Assembly (NCBI GenBank): GCA_026395435.1 | Contig: JAPLYT010000003.1 | Coordinates: forward strand, 135,328-199,327 | Direction: 5' to 3' | DNA length: 64,000 nt | Source of the DNA: Candidatus Saccharimonadota bacterium | Lineage (GTDB): Bacteria; Patescibacteriota; Saccharimonadia; Saccharimonadales; AWTP1-31 | Shown here: positions 1-9,003 of the stretch, one piece after another | Layout: each line of letters begins with the position of its first letter | How positions within the stretch are numbered: position 1 is the first letter of the stretch | Notes under the pieces: model-generated | Database searches by the model: none | What the model was told of the DNA's origin: nothing | What the model saw: only the letters and a program-made list of their open reading frames with translations | Position numbers and translations under genes: made by a program

Positions 1-1
1 A

Positions 2-631
2 TAACTTGGCTGCAACATGCTGGGAATTAGCTAATCTGTAACCGGTTTCAGCTATGTTGGTCATTATTTTTTTGGCGGAGTCTTCTTTGTCTATGTCTTT
101 GACAGTTTTAGTTTTGACTACAGTACCTTCATCAAAATTATGCTCAGTTTTTATGGTAGTTTTCTTGACTCCTACGCCATCAACACCAAAGCGAAGGGCG
201 TTGAGTGTCAGGAAATCACCTAAAAGTACCGATGCTGCTTTAATTCTACTGTCGCCATCGAGATCGGCATAGCTCGGCACGTTATAGCCATCACGATTAA
301 GTCTGTTCGTGATAATGCCAAAGCCTACCATCAACTTAGAATATTCTGCTCGGAAATCTTCCCATGTAAAGCCTACCAATGAAACATCTGTTTCATAAAA
401 TTCAGGTAATGCGGATTCTGGGCCGGTATAGCCACCAATGGACATTATTCCATTCATTACACCATCTATAATCATACGAGACTCATCTGCCGTAACTTCT
501 GCGATGAGCTGCTGTTCTTCGTTGCGTCGGCCTTTGTAGGCGGCGTGATCGTTGCGATAGTGTCTTCGCACTACTTCTACATAGTGTGAAGCGTCTTCCA
601 TCTCCATGAAGGGTGTTTGTATTGTACTCAT
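2..631 (-). CDS. hypothetical protein, 3'-truncated by window edge (MSTIQTPFMEMEDASHYVEVVRRHYRND...)
   Basis: Manually translated frame open from ATG 631 to the window start; TACAAT 7 nt upstream; not in the ORF track because it has no stop in the window. Confidence 0.7.
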   Translation of the reverse strand, partial: MSTIQTPFMEMEDASHYVEVVRRHYRNDHAAYKGRRNEEQQLIAEVTADESRMIIDGVMNGIMSIGGYTGPESALPEFYETDVSLVGFTWEDFRAEYSKLMVGFGIITNRLNRDGYNVPSYADLDGDSRIKAASVLLGDFLTLNALRFGVDGVGVKKTTIKTEHNFDEGTVVKTKTVKDIDKEDSAKKIMTNIAETGYRLANSQHVAAKL

Positions 632-711
632 TTATGATATTGTATCATATATTATAAAAAAGTACAATAGTTACGAAACGTGTAAGTACTCAGATAAAAA
701 TACCCAGAAGG

Positions 712-1506
712 TCACTTTAGTTCTAATGTTAGACATTTGACGCCGCCACCAGATTTCTGGAATTCAGAGATCGGGCAGGTGATGACATTCATGCCATTTG
801 CTTTGTAAGCGGCTATGAGATCGTGAGCGTTTTCGGGAATGACGATATTTGTCCCATCGCTCATGGCATTCAGTCCATAGGCCACGGCATCGGCATCAGT
901 TGCTTCGATGACATGGGGCACAATGGCCCTTACTTGTTTGAGAGATTCTTCGCTAAAGGCTTTGGGATAGAGGGCTACCGTATCGCTGCTCACGATGGTC
1001 AGCGCTGTGTCGAGGTGGTAGAAACGGGGGTCAATTAGTTGCAGACTTATCGTTTTAATACCAAGAAAGTCGGCTACTTCGGCATGAGCCGGTTTATCGG
1101 TGCGCCAAGGGTATCCAGCAAATAAAATATCGTTCCAAATGAGGGCATCGCCTTCGCCCTCGAAGTCATATTTTGGCAAAAAGAGTTCAGTGTAGCCGGC
1201 TTCTCGAAACCAAGTTTCGAATTTAGGGGTTTCTGGCTGTCGATCCGGCTGCCGGAACAGAGGTAGTGCCACCTTACCCTTGTAGAGCAGGGCGCCATTA
1301 GCCGTGAAGACCATATCGGGTAAATGTTCTACAGGGTCGATGAGTTGGACGTCCCAGCCTAACTGCTCGCTGTAGATTGCGTACAGTTTTTGCCACTGCT
1401 TAGCGGCTTTGTCAGGCTGGACAGGGTTGTTGGTGTCCATCCAGGGGTTTATTTCGTATTCGATGTCAAAAAACTTGGGAGCGCACATAAGTATGGATTT
1501 GGTCAT
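712..1506 (-). CDS. amidinotransferase/pentein-family hydrolase (arginine dihydrolase ArgZ-N / DDAH-like)
   Basis: ILMCxP..INPWM, PDMVFTAN, FEGEGD, FYHLDT and C-terminal GGGVKCLT catalytic Cys motif. Confidence 0.85.
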   Translation of the reverse strand: MTKSILMCAPKFFDIEYEINPWMDTNNPVQPDKAAKQWQKLYAIYSEQLGWDVQLIDPVEHLPDMVFTANGALLYKGKVALPLFRQPDRQPETPKFETWFREAGYTELFLPKYDFEGEGDALIWNDILFAGYPWRTDKPAHAEVADFLGIKTISLQLIDPRFYHLDTALTIVSSDTVALYPKAFSEESLKQVRAIVPHVIEATDADAVAYGLNAMSDGTNIVIPENAHDLIAAYKANGMNVITCPISEFQKSGGGVKCLTLELK

Positions 1507-1607
1507 TAATCTATTGTAACACTTGAAAATAGGACATTAATATTGTAAAATATCGCATTATATAACTAGTTTCTGTAACCTAACGGTAAAACAGTGGGAA
1601 CCAACAC

Positions 1608-2561
1608 ATGTCTGAACAAGAGCCAATTAATCATCTAAGCGCCGAACGTTACCTGCATGACACATTGTATAGTTTGAATGCGCTTCGTGAATTATCAATG
1701 AAGTCCCCTGAGTTAGCTATCGCCGGCGATCAAATTTTGGAAGATTGTTCAGTTTTTAAAGATTTGAAGACTGGTGACAGAATCACCGTGAGTGCTTTGC
1801 CTGCCGACGAAGCTGAATTTACTGGAGCTATGGTAGCCATTACTCGGATGTTTGATGTCGATGACAAAAACCCTGATCAGACGCCAAAACAACCACAAGA
1901 GCGACTATTTACGGTAACGAGTAGATACGATGTTTTTGAAAAAATATCAGATCAAGAATGGATGCCGTTTTCACCATATGATCTGGCCTATTTGCTCGAC
2001 GTTCCCCAGACCAAGCCCGTTGCGGTGTCTGAGTATGATCCACGAGACACACCACCTATTTTAATTGGAGAAATTCCAACTGATTTAAATCCTGAAGAAT
2101 TGTATACCTATTTCAATAGACAGTTGAATGCTGATTTTTTGACTATGCCCGAAGAAGCTCTCTATACCCACTGTAGCGGAGTGCTTGACGCACTTTTGAG
2201 TCAAGATGAGGCCCCAGGGTTTGGGAATGTAACGTTAGAGGGTGTTATCCAAACGTTCAAGAGTCAGCTTTTCAGTCTTGAAATTAACGAAATGCCGACC
2301 GAAGAAAGTCTAGACGGTTACGTCGGATTCGATCGCATTTTTAATCTTACATACACTGTTCTTAATGGGCCGACTGCCATGGGCGCGATAAAGCTCGGCG
2401 AATCGACCAATGTAATTTTGGTAAAAGGTACTGAGTTCGACTTCAAGCTCACCCGAGGAGGCATGGTTATGTATGCCAATGATAATGGAAGAAAAGTTAA
2501 TCTCGTTCCCGTAGATCATACTATTTATATGCTCTTTCTCGCTGCGATAGTGGGGGAATAG
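1608..2561 (+). CDS. hypothetical acidic protein
   Basis: 317-aa ORF, no recognisable motif. Confidence 0.7.
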   Translation: MSEQEPINHLSAERYLHDTLYSLNALRELSMKSPELAIAGDQILEDCSVFKDLKTGDRITVSALPADEAEFTGAMVAITRMFDVDDKNPDQTPKQPQERLFTVTSRYDVFEKISDQEWMPFSPYDLAYLLDVPQTKPVAVSEYDPRDTPPILIGEIPTDLNPEELYTYFNRQLNADFLTMPEEALYTHCSGVLDALLSQDEAPGFGNVTLEGVIQTFKSQLFSLEINEMPTEESLDGYVGFDRIFNLTYTVLNGPTAMGAIKLGESTNVILVKGTEFDFKLTRGGMVMYANDNGRKVNLVPVDHTIYMLFLAAIVGE

Positions 2562-2570
2562 ACACTGTTC

Positions 2571-2599
2571 TTGACGTCGTTTTGGCACTCGGCTATAGT
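2571..2599 (+). promoter_or_regulatory. sigma70 promoter of groESL
   Basis: TTGACG(2571-76)-N17-TATAGT(2594-99). Confidence 0.75.
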
Positions 2600-2639
2600 G
2601 AGTGCTGATACGTTAGCACTCGCATATGTACAGTGCTAA
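2582..2639. promoter_or_regulatory. two tandem CIRCE (HrcA operator) elements
   Basis: TTGGCACTC-N9-GAGTGCTGA (2582-2608) and TTAGCACTC-N9-CAGTGCTAA (2613-2639) versus consensus TTAGCACTC-N9-GAGTGCTAA, directly upstream of groES. Confidence 0.92.
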
Positions 2640-2668
2640 CGGTTATATTGATTAACTGAGGAGTAACA

Positions 2669-2932
2669 ATGAATATACAGCCAATGGCCGAATACGTGGT
2701 CGTCCAAGCCGAGACCGCTACCAATAAAACCGCAAGTGGTCTTTACTTGCCAGGTGGTTCACAAGAAAAACCGAAAACAGCCAAAGTGATATCAGTTGGC
2801 GAAGGTGTCTCGATGGTCAAAAAAGGCGATCGAGTGATTTATAAAAATGAATATGAAGCCACTAACGTCAAAGTTGGCAAAGATGAGTTTACCCTCGTAT
2901 TCTCAAAAAATATTATTGCGATTGTTAAATAG
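2669..2932 (+). CDS. groES: co-chaperonin GroES
   Basis: TASGLYLP mobile loop, VISVGEG, GDRVIY; SD GAGGAG; precedes groEL. Confidence 0.95.
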   Translation: MNIQPMAEYVVVQAETATNKTASGLYLPGGSQEKPKTAKVISVGEGVSMVKKGDRVIYKNEYEATNVKVGKDEFTLVFSKNIIAIVK

Positions 2933-2951
2933 GTAGAAAAGGGGATTATAT

Positions 2952-4595
2952 ATGGCTAAAAAAGTATTTTATGATGATGACGCTCGCCGCCGGGTATTGG
3001 GTGGAGCACAGATTTTATATGACGCAGTGAAGACAACCATGGGACCAAAAGGCCGCAATGTGGTTATCAGCAAAAGTTATGGTGGCGTCACGGTTACTCA
3101 TGATGGCGTAACCGTTGCCAAGGGCGTCGATATCGCCGATGTCGACGATGAAACATTGGGCTACAAAGTAGGTGCTGAACTTATCAAACAAGCAGCCAAC
3201 AAGATGAACGATGTTGCTGGCGATGGTACAACTACGGTCACGGTATTGACCTATCACATCTTGAACGAAGCCAACAAGCTGATCGCTGCGGGACACAACC
3301 CAATGGAGCTCCGAAAAGGTCTCGAGGCTGCAGCAAGCGACGTCATCAAAAAGCTCAGTGGTCTTAGTGAAGACATTAAAGGCAAGAAATCTCGCGTAGC
3401 AGAAGTCGCAACTATCAGTGCTGGAGATGCCGAAATCGGTAATCTGATCGCTGATATCATCGACAAAGTCGGAAAAGACGGCGTGGTTACCGTAGAAGAA
3501 GGTCAAGGCCTCAAGCTTGAAAGTGAAGTAGTTGAAGGGTTCACTATGGACCGCGGTTTCGTCAGTGCCTACATGGTAACCGACACAACTCGCATGGAAG
3601 CTGTCTATAACAAACCAGCTATCCTCATCACCGACAAAAAGATTAGCTCGGTCCAAGAATTTTTGCCTATTCTCGAAAAGCTCGCCCAAGCAGGTAAAAA
3701 AGATCTCGTTATCATCGCAGAGGATGTAGAAGGGGAAGCACTTGGCACCTTGATCCTCAACAAGCTCAAGGGGGTATTCAACACAGTCGCTATCAAGGCT
3801 CCAAGCTTTGGTGATAAGCGAGCTGACCGATTGCAAGATATTGCCGTCCTTACCGGCGGTATCGTCATCTCAGAAGATCAAGGCACCAGCTTTGAAGATG
3901 TTGAACTCAACATGCTCGGTAGCGCTCGAAAAGTAATCGTTACTAAAGACGAAACGACTATCATCGAAGGTGGTGGCACTACGGCTGCCGTAAAAGCACG
4001 CATTACTCAGATCAATGCCCAGATCAAAGACACAACCAGCGAATACGACCGCGAAGACCGAGAACGCCGCCGAGCGAGCTTGGAAGGTAAAGTTGCAGTT
4101 ATCAAAGTTGGCGGTGCTACTGAAACCGAAATCGAAGAGAAGAAATTCCGCGTCGACGACGCCGTTGCTGCCACTAAAGCAGCGCTCGAGGAAGGTATTG
4201 TCCCTGGTGGTGGTGTCACGTTGATTAACCTCGCGGCTAACATCAAAGTTGTTGGCCATGACTCTGTATCTGCTGGCGCTACCTTGCTCCAGAATGCGCT
4301 TGAACAGCCATTTAGGATCCTACTCACCAACGCTGGCGTAAACCCAGATGAGTGGTTGCCACAGGTCAAGAAGTCTAAGGCTGGTCAAGGAGTGAACGTC
4401 AATAATCCGACAAAACTTGTTGATCTCAAATCTTCAGGTGTAGTCGACCCGGCTCGCGTTACTAAAGAAGCGATCCAAAACGCGGTGTCTATTGCTGGAA
4501 CCAGCATGACTATGGGTGCACTGGTCGTTGACGTCCCAGAAGCTAATCCTGTCGATGCCGGTGGCGGTATGGGCGGTGGCATGATGGGCATGTAG
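2952..4595 (+). CDS. groEL: chaperonin GroEL
   Basis: MGPKGRNV, AGDGTTT, GIVPGGG, GGM tail. Confidence 0.99.
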   Translation: MAKKVFYDDDARRRVLGGAQILYDAVKTTMGPKGRNVVISKSYGGVTVTHDGVTVAKGVDIADVDDETLGYKVGAELIKQAANKMNDVAGDGTTTVTVLTYHILNEANKLIAAGHNPMELRKGLEAAASDVIKKLSGLSEDIKGKKSRVAEVATISAGDAEIGNLIADIIDKVGKDGVVTVEEGQGLKLESEVVEGFTMDRGFVSAYMVTDTTRMEAVYNKPAILITDKKISSVQEFLPILEKLAQAGKKDLVIIAEDVEGEALGTLILNKLKGVFNTVAIKAPSFGDKRADRLQDIAVLTGGIVISEDQGTSFEDVELNMLGSARKVIVTKDETTIIEGGGTTAAVKARITQINAQIKDTTSEYDREDRERRRASLEGKVAVIKVGGATETEIEEKKFRVDDAVAATKAALEEGIVPGGGVTLINLAANIKVVGHDSVSAGATLLQNALEQPFRILLTNAGVNPDEWLPQVKKSKAGQGVNVNNPTKLVDLKSSGVVDPARVTKEAIQNAVSIAGTSMTMGALVVDVPEANPVDAGGGMGGGMMGM

Positions 4596-4621
4596 CCAAG
4601 TAAATATTCTGGTTCTCATAC

Positions 4622-4648
4622 AAAAGCCCGGTACATACCGGGCTTTTT
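4622..4648 (+). terminator. intrinsic terminator after groEL
   Basis: AAAAGCCCGGTA-CA-TACCGGGCTTTTT. Confidence 0.9.
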
Positions 4649-4753
4649 GGTTCAATAGATACGTGAGCGTAATCTAACTAGAATACCGTAGTTGCGAAAA
4701 GGTCCAATATGTACTATGATACCATTATAGATTCACGTTGACGGGAGTAGACA

Positions 4754-5140
4754 ATGAAATTATTCAAGCGAAAAACACCAATAACCAATCCATACATGCC
4801 ACCAGAAGTGCAGGCGTATGCTGCCTCTGAGCATCGTGAACGTATGGGTATGGCATGGATCGTAGGTATTGTGTCCTTGATTGTCAGCACTATTCTGCTC
4901 GTGTCACTCTTTTTTGGTGGGCGATGGGTCTACCGTAAAATTGCCGGTACTAACACAAACAAGCCAACTCCAACTGTTTCAGAGCCTAAAGAACTTCCTT
5001 CTAGTGACACTTCTGAGGCGCCTGCAGTTACTCCAAAACCTACTACTCCAGCTCCAACACCTACAACAACTCTTCCGGCTCCATCTACTCCTGCAACCGA
5101 CCCAAGTCTGACTCGAACTGGCCCAGATCTCGACCTCTAA
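4754..5140 (+). CDS. single-pass membrane protein with Pro/Thr-rich tail
   Basis: One hydrophobic helix (MAWIVGIV...FFGG) followed by a low-complexity PT tail; upstream TTGCGA-N17-TATGAT. Confidence 0.75.
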   Translation: MKLFKRKTPITNPYMPPEVQAYAASEHRERMGMAWIVGIVSLIVSTILLVSLFFGGRWVYRKIAGTNTNKPTPTVSEPKELPSSDTSEAPAVTPKPTTPAPTPTTTLPAPSTPATDPSLTRTGPDLDL

Positions 5141-5159
5141 ACAAAGTCTGTATTTCTTA

Positions 5160-5335
5160 GTACGGGCATCGGAAAAATCCGAAGCAGGCTGGAACGTTCA
5201 AAGGGAACGAAGTCGAGGACTGTTTGAGCGAAGCGAGTTCCGCAGACTTCTTCTTTTTGAAGTTACAAGCTTGTGCTCGATATTTTTCTGGCCCTGATGG
5301 TTCCCCGATACTTTTGCCAAAACAAAAGTATGAAA
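5160..5335. repeat. structured intergenic element (long imperfect hairpin + short hairpin), REP/MITE-like or ncRNA
   Basis: GGGCATCGGAAAAAT/ATTTTTCTGGCCC and TTCAAAGGGAACGAAGTC/GACTTCTTCTTTTTGAA arms around TGTTTGAGCGAAGCGAGTT; then ATACTTTTG-N6-CAAAAGTAT. Confidence 0.55.
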
Positions 5336-5402
5336 GAAGACTTGACTGCAAAAATATCGAAAGAAGTCTTCTAAAAATATTAGAAACTATGTTAAGCGTA
5401 AA

Positions 5403-5972
5403 TTATGCTGCTACAGCAGGCTTCTGCTGTGTAAAGTAGTTGATCTCATTGACGATATCAAGCAAAGCTTGGGCACGGATTTTCTCATCTTCGATGTCTT
5501 TCGCAGCTGCATAGGCAGTCTGCACAAGACTCTGATCATCGGACGCTTGGATAAGCATCATTGTAGTACGGAATTTTTCTTCAGCAGATTGATCTAACTG
5601 ACTAAGTAATGGGGATAGTTGTTGAAGGGCATCTTTTTTGATGCTCATGAGATCATCTGAGGCAGCGGGGACAGACGCTGCAGGAATATCACTCACCATT
5701 GGCTCAGAGGCAGGCTCTGTGACGGCCATTTGTGGGGTGCTATCAAAACTTGGGGTAGATTCGGCCATCATCGCTGCTACTGGTTCTGGACTAGGTGATT
5801 GCATTGGTGCTGTCACTGCAGGTGCAGTCATGGAGCTGTCTGTCATAGGCTCTGCCGCTACAGCTGGTACCGTCGTGTCGACAGCCGGTGTTTGCTGTGA
5901 TGTATCCGCTACAGGCTCGGGCATTACTGATGTGTTTTGTGCTTGTTGATTTTGATCATTCGAATCGAACAT
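5403..5972 (-). CDS. hypothetical protein, disordered N-terminus + helical C-terminal domain
   Basis: P/A/S/T-rich N-half; amphipathic helical C-terminus (ALLDIVNEINYFT). Confidence 0.8.
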   Translation of the reverse strand: MFDSNDQNQQAQNTSVMPEPVADTSQQTPAVDTTVPAVAAEPMTDSSMTAPAVTAPMQSPSPEPVAAMMAESTPSFDSTPQMAVTEPASEPMVSDIPAASVPAASDDLMSIKKDALQQLSPLLSQLDQSAEEKFRTTMMLIQASDDQSLVQTAYAAAKDIEDEKIRAQALLDIVNEINYFTQQKPAVAA

Positions 5973-6074
5973 GTCCCACCCCCATTAAAATATTTATGTT
6001 TAATAGTAGTTTAGCATAAGTACTTATTGCCGTACATATCGTATACTTACAGTACATAACTGGAGGAGTAGTAC

Positions 6075-7112
6075 ATGCTTGATGATCTAAAATATATTCA
6101 TGAAAAAGATGTTCAGGATGCACTCGGCATCGCCAGTAAACAGCCTGAACAGTTATTGAAGGATTTTGACGTATCGGGTTGGAAGGGCAAAAAACAGCAT
6201 TTCGATAACATTATCTATGCTGGAATGGGCGGTTCTGCTCTGGCCGCTATCTTAAGTGCAACGTGGCCAGGCTACACGGTACCTTTTGAAGTATCCAGAC
6301 AATATGCGATCCCCGATTACGTTTCACCAAAAACGCTCTTTATTGCGTCAAGCTACTCTGGTAACACCGAAGAAACGCTCTCAGCACTGGCAGCTGCGGA
6401 GAAGAAGAAAGCAGTCATAGTAGTCATTGCTGGTGGTGGAAAACTCCAAGAAATTGCCAAGCAAAAAGGGTATATGTTCTTGCAGTTACCAAAAGCCGAA
6501 CAACCTCGGTTTGCGGTTTTTTATAATCTCAAAGCAGTGGTTCAACTCTTGGTAAAAACAGACTTATTCATCGACAAAAAAGCTGAGTCCGACCTCGCAG
6601 CAATTGTCCCCGCTCTCGAAAAATCGATCACCGCTTTGTTGCCCACAGTACCGACCGCAAAAAACCCGGCTAAAAAGCTAGCACTAGAGCTCATGGGCAA
6701 AAGTGTCGTTATCTATGCTGGCCCACTATTAGCGCCAGCAGCCTACAAGTGGAAGATTAGTTGTAACGAAAACGCCAAAAATGTCGCATGGCAGGGGACG
6801 CTTCCTGAATTCAACCATAATGAATTTATTGGCTGGAGTTCGCACCCTACCCATAAGCCATATGCAGTCGTAGACCTCCGGACCAGTTTCGACCATCCTC
6901 AAATTCAGAAACGATTTGAGATTAGCGCCAGACTTCTCTCAGGTATGCGTCCAGCAGTCCATAGCGTTCAGGCAGAAGGCAAGACCATCATCGAACAACT
7001 GCTTTGGACGGTGATCTTAGGCGATTTCGTGACGCTGTACCTAGGAATTTTGAATGGACTCAACCCGACCCCAGTTGAACTCGTAGAAAAGCTTAAAAAA
7101 GAACTAGCCTAA
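6075..7112 (+). CDS. bifunctional phosphoglucose/phosphomannose isomerase (SIS domains)
   Basis: GMGGSA, SYSGNTEET, QPR, NENAK, PEFNHNE motifs. Confidence 0.92.
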   Translation: MLDDLKYIHEKDVQDALGIASKQPEQLLKDFDVSGWKGKKQHFDNIIYAGMGGSALAAILSATWPGYTVPFEVSRQYAIPDYVSPKTLFIASSYSGNTEETLSALAAAEKKKAVIVVIAGGGKLQEIAKQKGYMFLQLPKAEQPRFAVFYNLKAVVQLLVKTDLFIDKKAESDLAAIVPALEKSITALLPTVPTAKNPAKKLALELMGKSVVIYAGPLLAPAAYKWKISCNENAKNVAWQGTLPEFNHNEFIGWSSHPTHKPYAVVDLRTSFDHPQIQKRFEISARLLSGMRPAVHSVQAEGKTIIEQLLWTVILGDFVTLYLGILNGLNPTPVELVEKLKKELA

Positions 7113-7128
7113 CGGTAGGCTTCGATCT

Positions 7129-7668
7129 TTAGATTGGTTGTTCTTTGATCCCCATCTTAAAACTAATGTAACTGATGAGAATATGTAGGCTGAAATACGT
7201 CACCACCATCACAGCATATTGGGCGATTGAAAAACGAACAAACGGCAAACTAAAAAGTATTGCACCGACAATGTAGTCTAGTTGATCGAAAAATAACCAG
7301 CTCGAACCAGAAGGCTTACCCAATTGACGTTTAAAGAAGCTTTCAACAGAATCGCCGAGTAGCGCACCGGCGCCGAGCAAAAAGCCAATTACAAAAAATG
7401 ACTCTGGACTGACGTTCAATATTGTTGAATTCCTGGATACAAGAAATGGATAGAGCAGAAGTGCAGCGAAGCCGCCACCGATTGAACCGAGCAGTAGCCC
7501 ACGCCACGTTTTGTTTTGTCCAAGCATTCGTTTACCACGGACTTCCATTCCAAGATCAATGGGGGTTTTCCACTCACGCAAGAATGGTATTTTCTTTGCT
7601 ACCGGCGGAATTGAATTTGATATGCCAGCCGGTACGAAGAAGAGAATAACGAATAGAAATTGATTCAT
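7129..7668 (-). CDS. carS: CDP-archaeol synthase (CarS/DUF46)-family membrane cytidylyltransferase
   Basis: PIDLG..GKRMLGQNKTWRG, GALLGDSVESFFKRQLG, FFDQLDY: the CarS/DUF46 signature set; about 5 TM helices. Confidence 0.85.
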   Translation of the reverse strand: MNQFLFVILFFVPAGISNSIPPVAKKIPFLREWKTPIDLGMEVRGKRMLGQNKTWRGLLLGSIGGGFAALLLYPFLVSRNSTILNVSPESFFVIGFLLGAGALLGDSVESFFKRQLGKPSGSSWLFFDQLDYIVGAILFSLPFVRFSIAQYAVMVVTYFSLHILISYISFKMGIKEQPI

Positions 7669-8315
7669 TTGTGCTTAAGTTTACCACGAATTCGATGATA
7701 TTTTGGATAGAGTAGGCTTAGTAAGGGTGCTTTTTTGGTGGATACATGCGCTTTTTGGAGTAGGTCTACAAGATTATTTTTGGTAGGTGGTTTGGTAATT
7801 ACTGAATAAGCACCGCCAATGCCCAAGCGACCATGGGCATCACTGCTCGAAGCCATGACTTTGTTATGTAGGCGTGCCCAGGTGACGGCTTCGGGGCCTT
7901 TGTTTTGAAATACGGCCCGTCCATTATGAACTTCGACGATATCTACAAAATCAGAAATGTTGTCGAGAGATTTCCGCGAAAGACCACTTCGAACTGTTTC
8001 GAAAGGATGGGGTACATATACCAGTCCTTTTTGGCCTTTTACGGCAGCAACTGCGTCTAAAAGTGACATTCCTGGCTTGATTGCCTTCGTCAGGTATAGG
8101 CCAATGATTTCACCTTCTTTAGTGGTAATTTCTTGACCTACAATGATTCGCTCACCAAGTTTGCCCTGGACTTCTTGGGCGGTTGAAATGAGATCGTGAT
8201 CTGTTATTGCAATATAGTCAAGATCTCCCTGTTCGAGTACCGTTCGATATTCATCAATTGATATACCACCGTCTGCTGATCCCGATGAATGTGTATGGAG
8301 GTCGATTTTTATCAT
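7665..8315 (-). CDS. PHP-domain metal-dependent phosphoesterase
   Basis: KIDLHTHS..SADG, IAITDHD, GQEI, PHPF, VEVHNGR, SSDAH; start at ATG 8315 (ATGA overlap with upstream gene), not 8558. Confidence 0.9.
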   Translation of the reverse strand: MIKIDLHTHSSGSADGGISIDEYRTVLEQGDLDYIAITDHDLISTAQEVQGKLGERIIVGQEITTKEGEIIGLYLTKAIKPGMSLLDAVAAVKGQKGLVYVPHPFETVRSGLSRKSLDNISDFVDIVEVHNGRAVFQNKGPEAVTWARLHNKVMASSSDAHGRLGIGGAYSVITKPPTKNNLVDLLQKAHVSTKKAPLLSLLYPKYHRIRGKLKHK

Positions 8316-8941
8316 AGTTTTTGCATGACTGAACGCATTCGTCCTAACGCAGTTATGGTGCTTGCAACCGCCAAAATGATTATCACAGCGAGGAGTTGAT
8401 TGGCAAGTAGCCCGAGCACCATGACGGTCATGCGAATTTCGAAAGTCATCATGCCGCTTCGGAAAGATTTGTTGGTAGTGTGGTCGGTCGATTTGCTCGA
8501 TCCAATCACAACTTCGCCCCAGGCGTTTACATAGCTTACGAGGAGAGAAGCTCCGCAAGCAGCTACTACCCAGACGACATATCGCGCTGAATGAGTATTG
8601 GATAGCGCATACGCCGCTCCCATAAACAAAAATACTTCTTTCATTCTATCGGTGATTGAATCGAGCAACATGCCCTTTGGTCCGTCGGTTTTCTGGAGCC
8701 GGGCTAGTGCACCATCGAGAGCATCGAATAAGCCAAATACAATGAGTAATATGCCGGCCCAGATATTTTGCTGAATGGCGATTAGCCACGCAATCACGAT
8801 ATGTAGACTGAATCCGAGTAGAGTAATGCTGGTTGGCGAGATTCTGCCCCCGGAAACTTTGTTCAAAAGAATGGCGATTTCAACAACGAAACGTTTAATA
8901 GGGATTTTAAAAAAATCGATAATTACCGTTAGAATCTTCAT
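8312..8941 (-). CDS. CDP-alcohol phosphatidyltransferase (PIP/AIP synthase- or PgsA-like)
   Basis: DALDGALAR..G..LDSITDR signature; VSYV and GMM..E.R motifs; start re-called to ATG 8941 (TATACT 8 nt upstream). Confidence 0.9.
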   Translation of the reverse strand: MKILTVIIDFFKIPIKRFVVEIAILLNKVSGGRISPTSITLLGFSLHIVIAWLIAIQQNIWAGILLIVFGLFDALDGALARLQKTDGPKGMLLDSITDRMKEVFLFMGAAYALSNTHSARYVVWVVAACGASLLVSYVNAWGEVVIGSSKSTDHTTNKSFRSGMMTFEIRMTVMVLGLLANQLLAVIIILAVASTITALGRMRSVMQKL

Positions 8942-9003
8942 GTATCTACAGTATACCTTAGCGCCGTCGCCCTGTCTCGGACACAATGACGTATACTAGA
9001 ACA

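Noticed and set aside
3015-4655. Long antisense and alternate-frame ORFs over groEL (likewise over dnaG, rpoD, pnp, rnj, ftsK, the ATPase and rpsT)
   Set aside because: Shadows of conserved genes produced by codon bias; no motifs or independent expression signals
5100-5140. LTRTGP as a sortase LPxTG signal
   Set aside because: No Pro at position 2 and no following TM or basic tail
8316-8558. 81-aa N-terminal extension of the PHP ORF in the ORF track
   Set aside because: Overlaps the CDP-alcohol transferase on the same strand; the PHP motif begins at ATG 8315 with an ATGA junction
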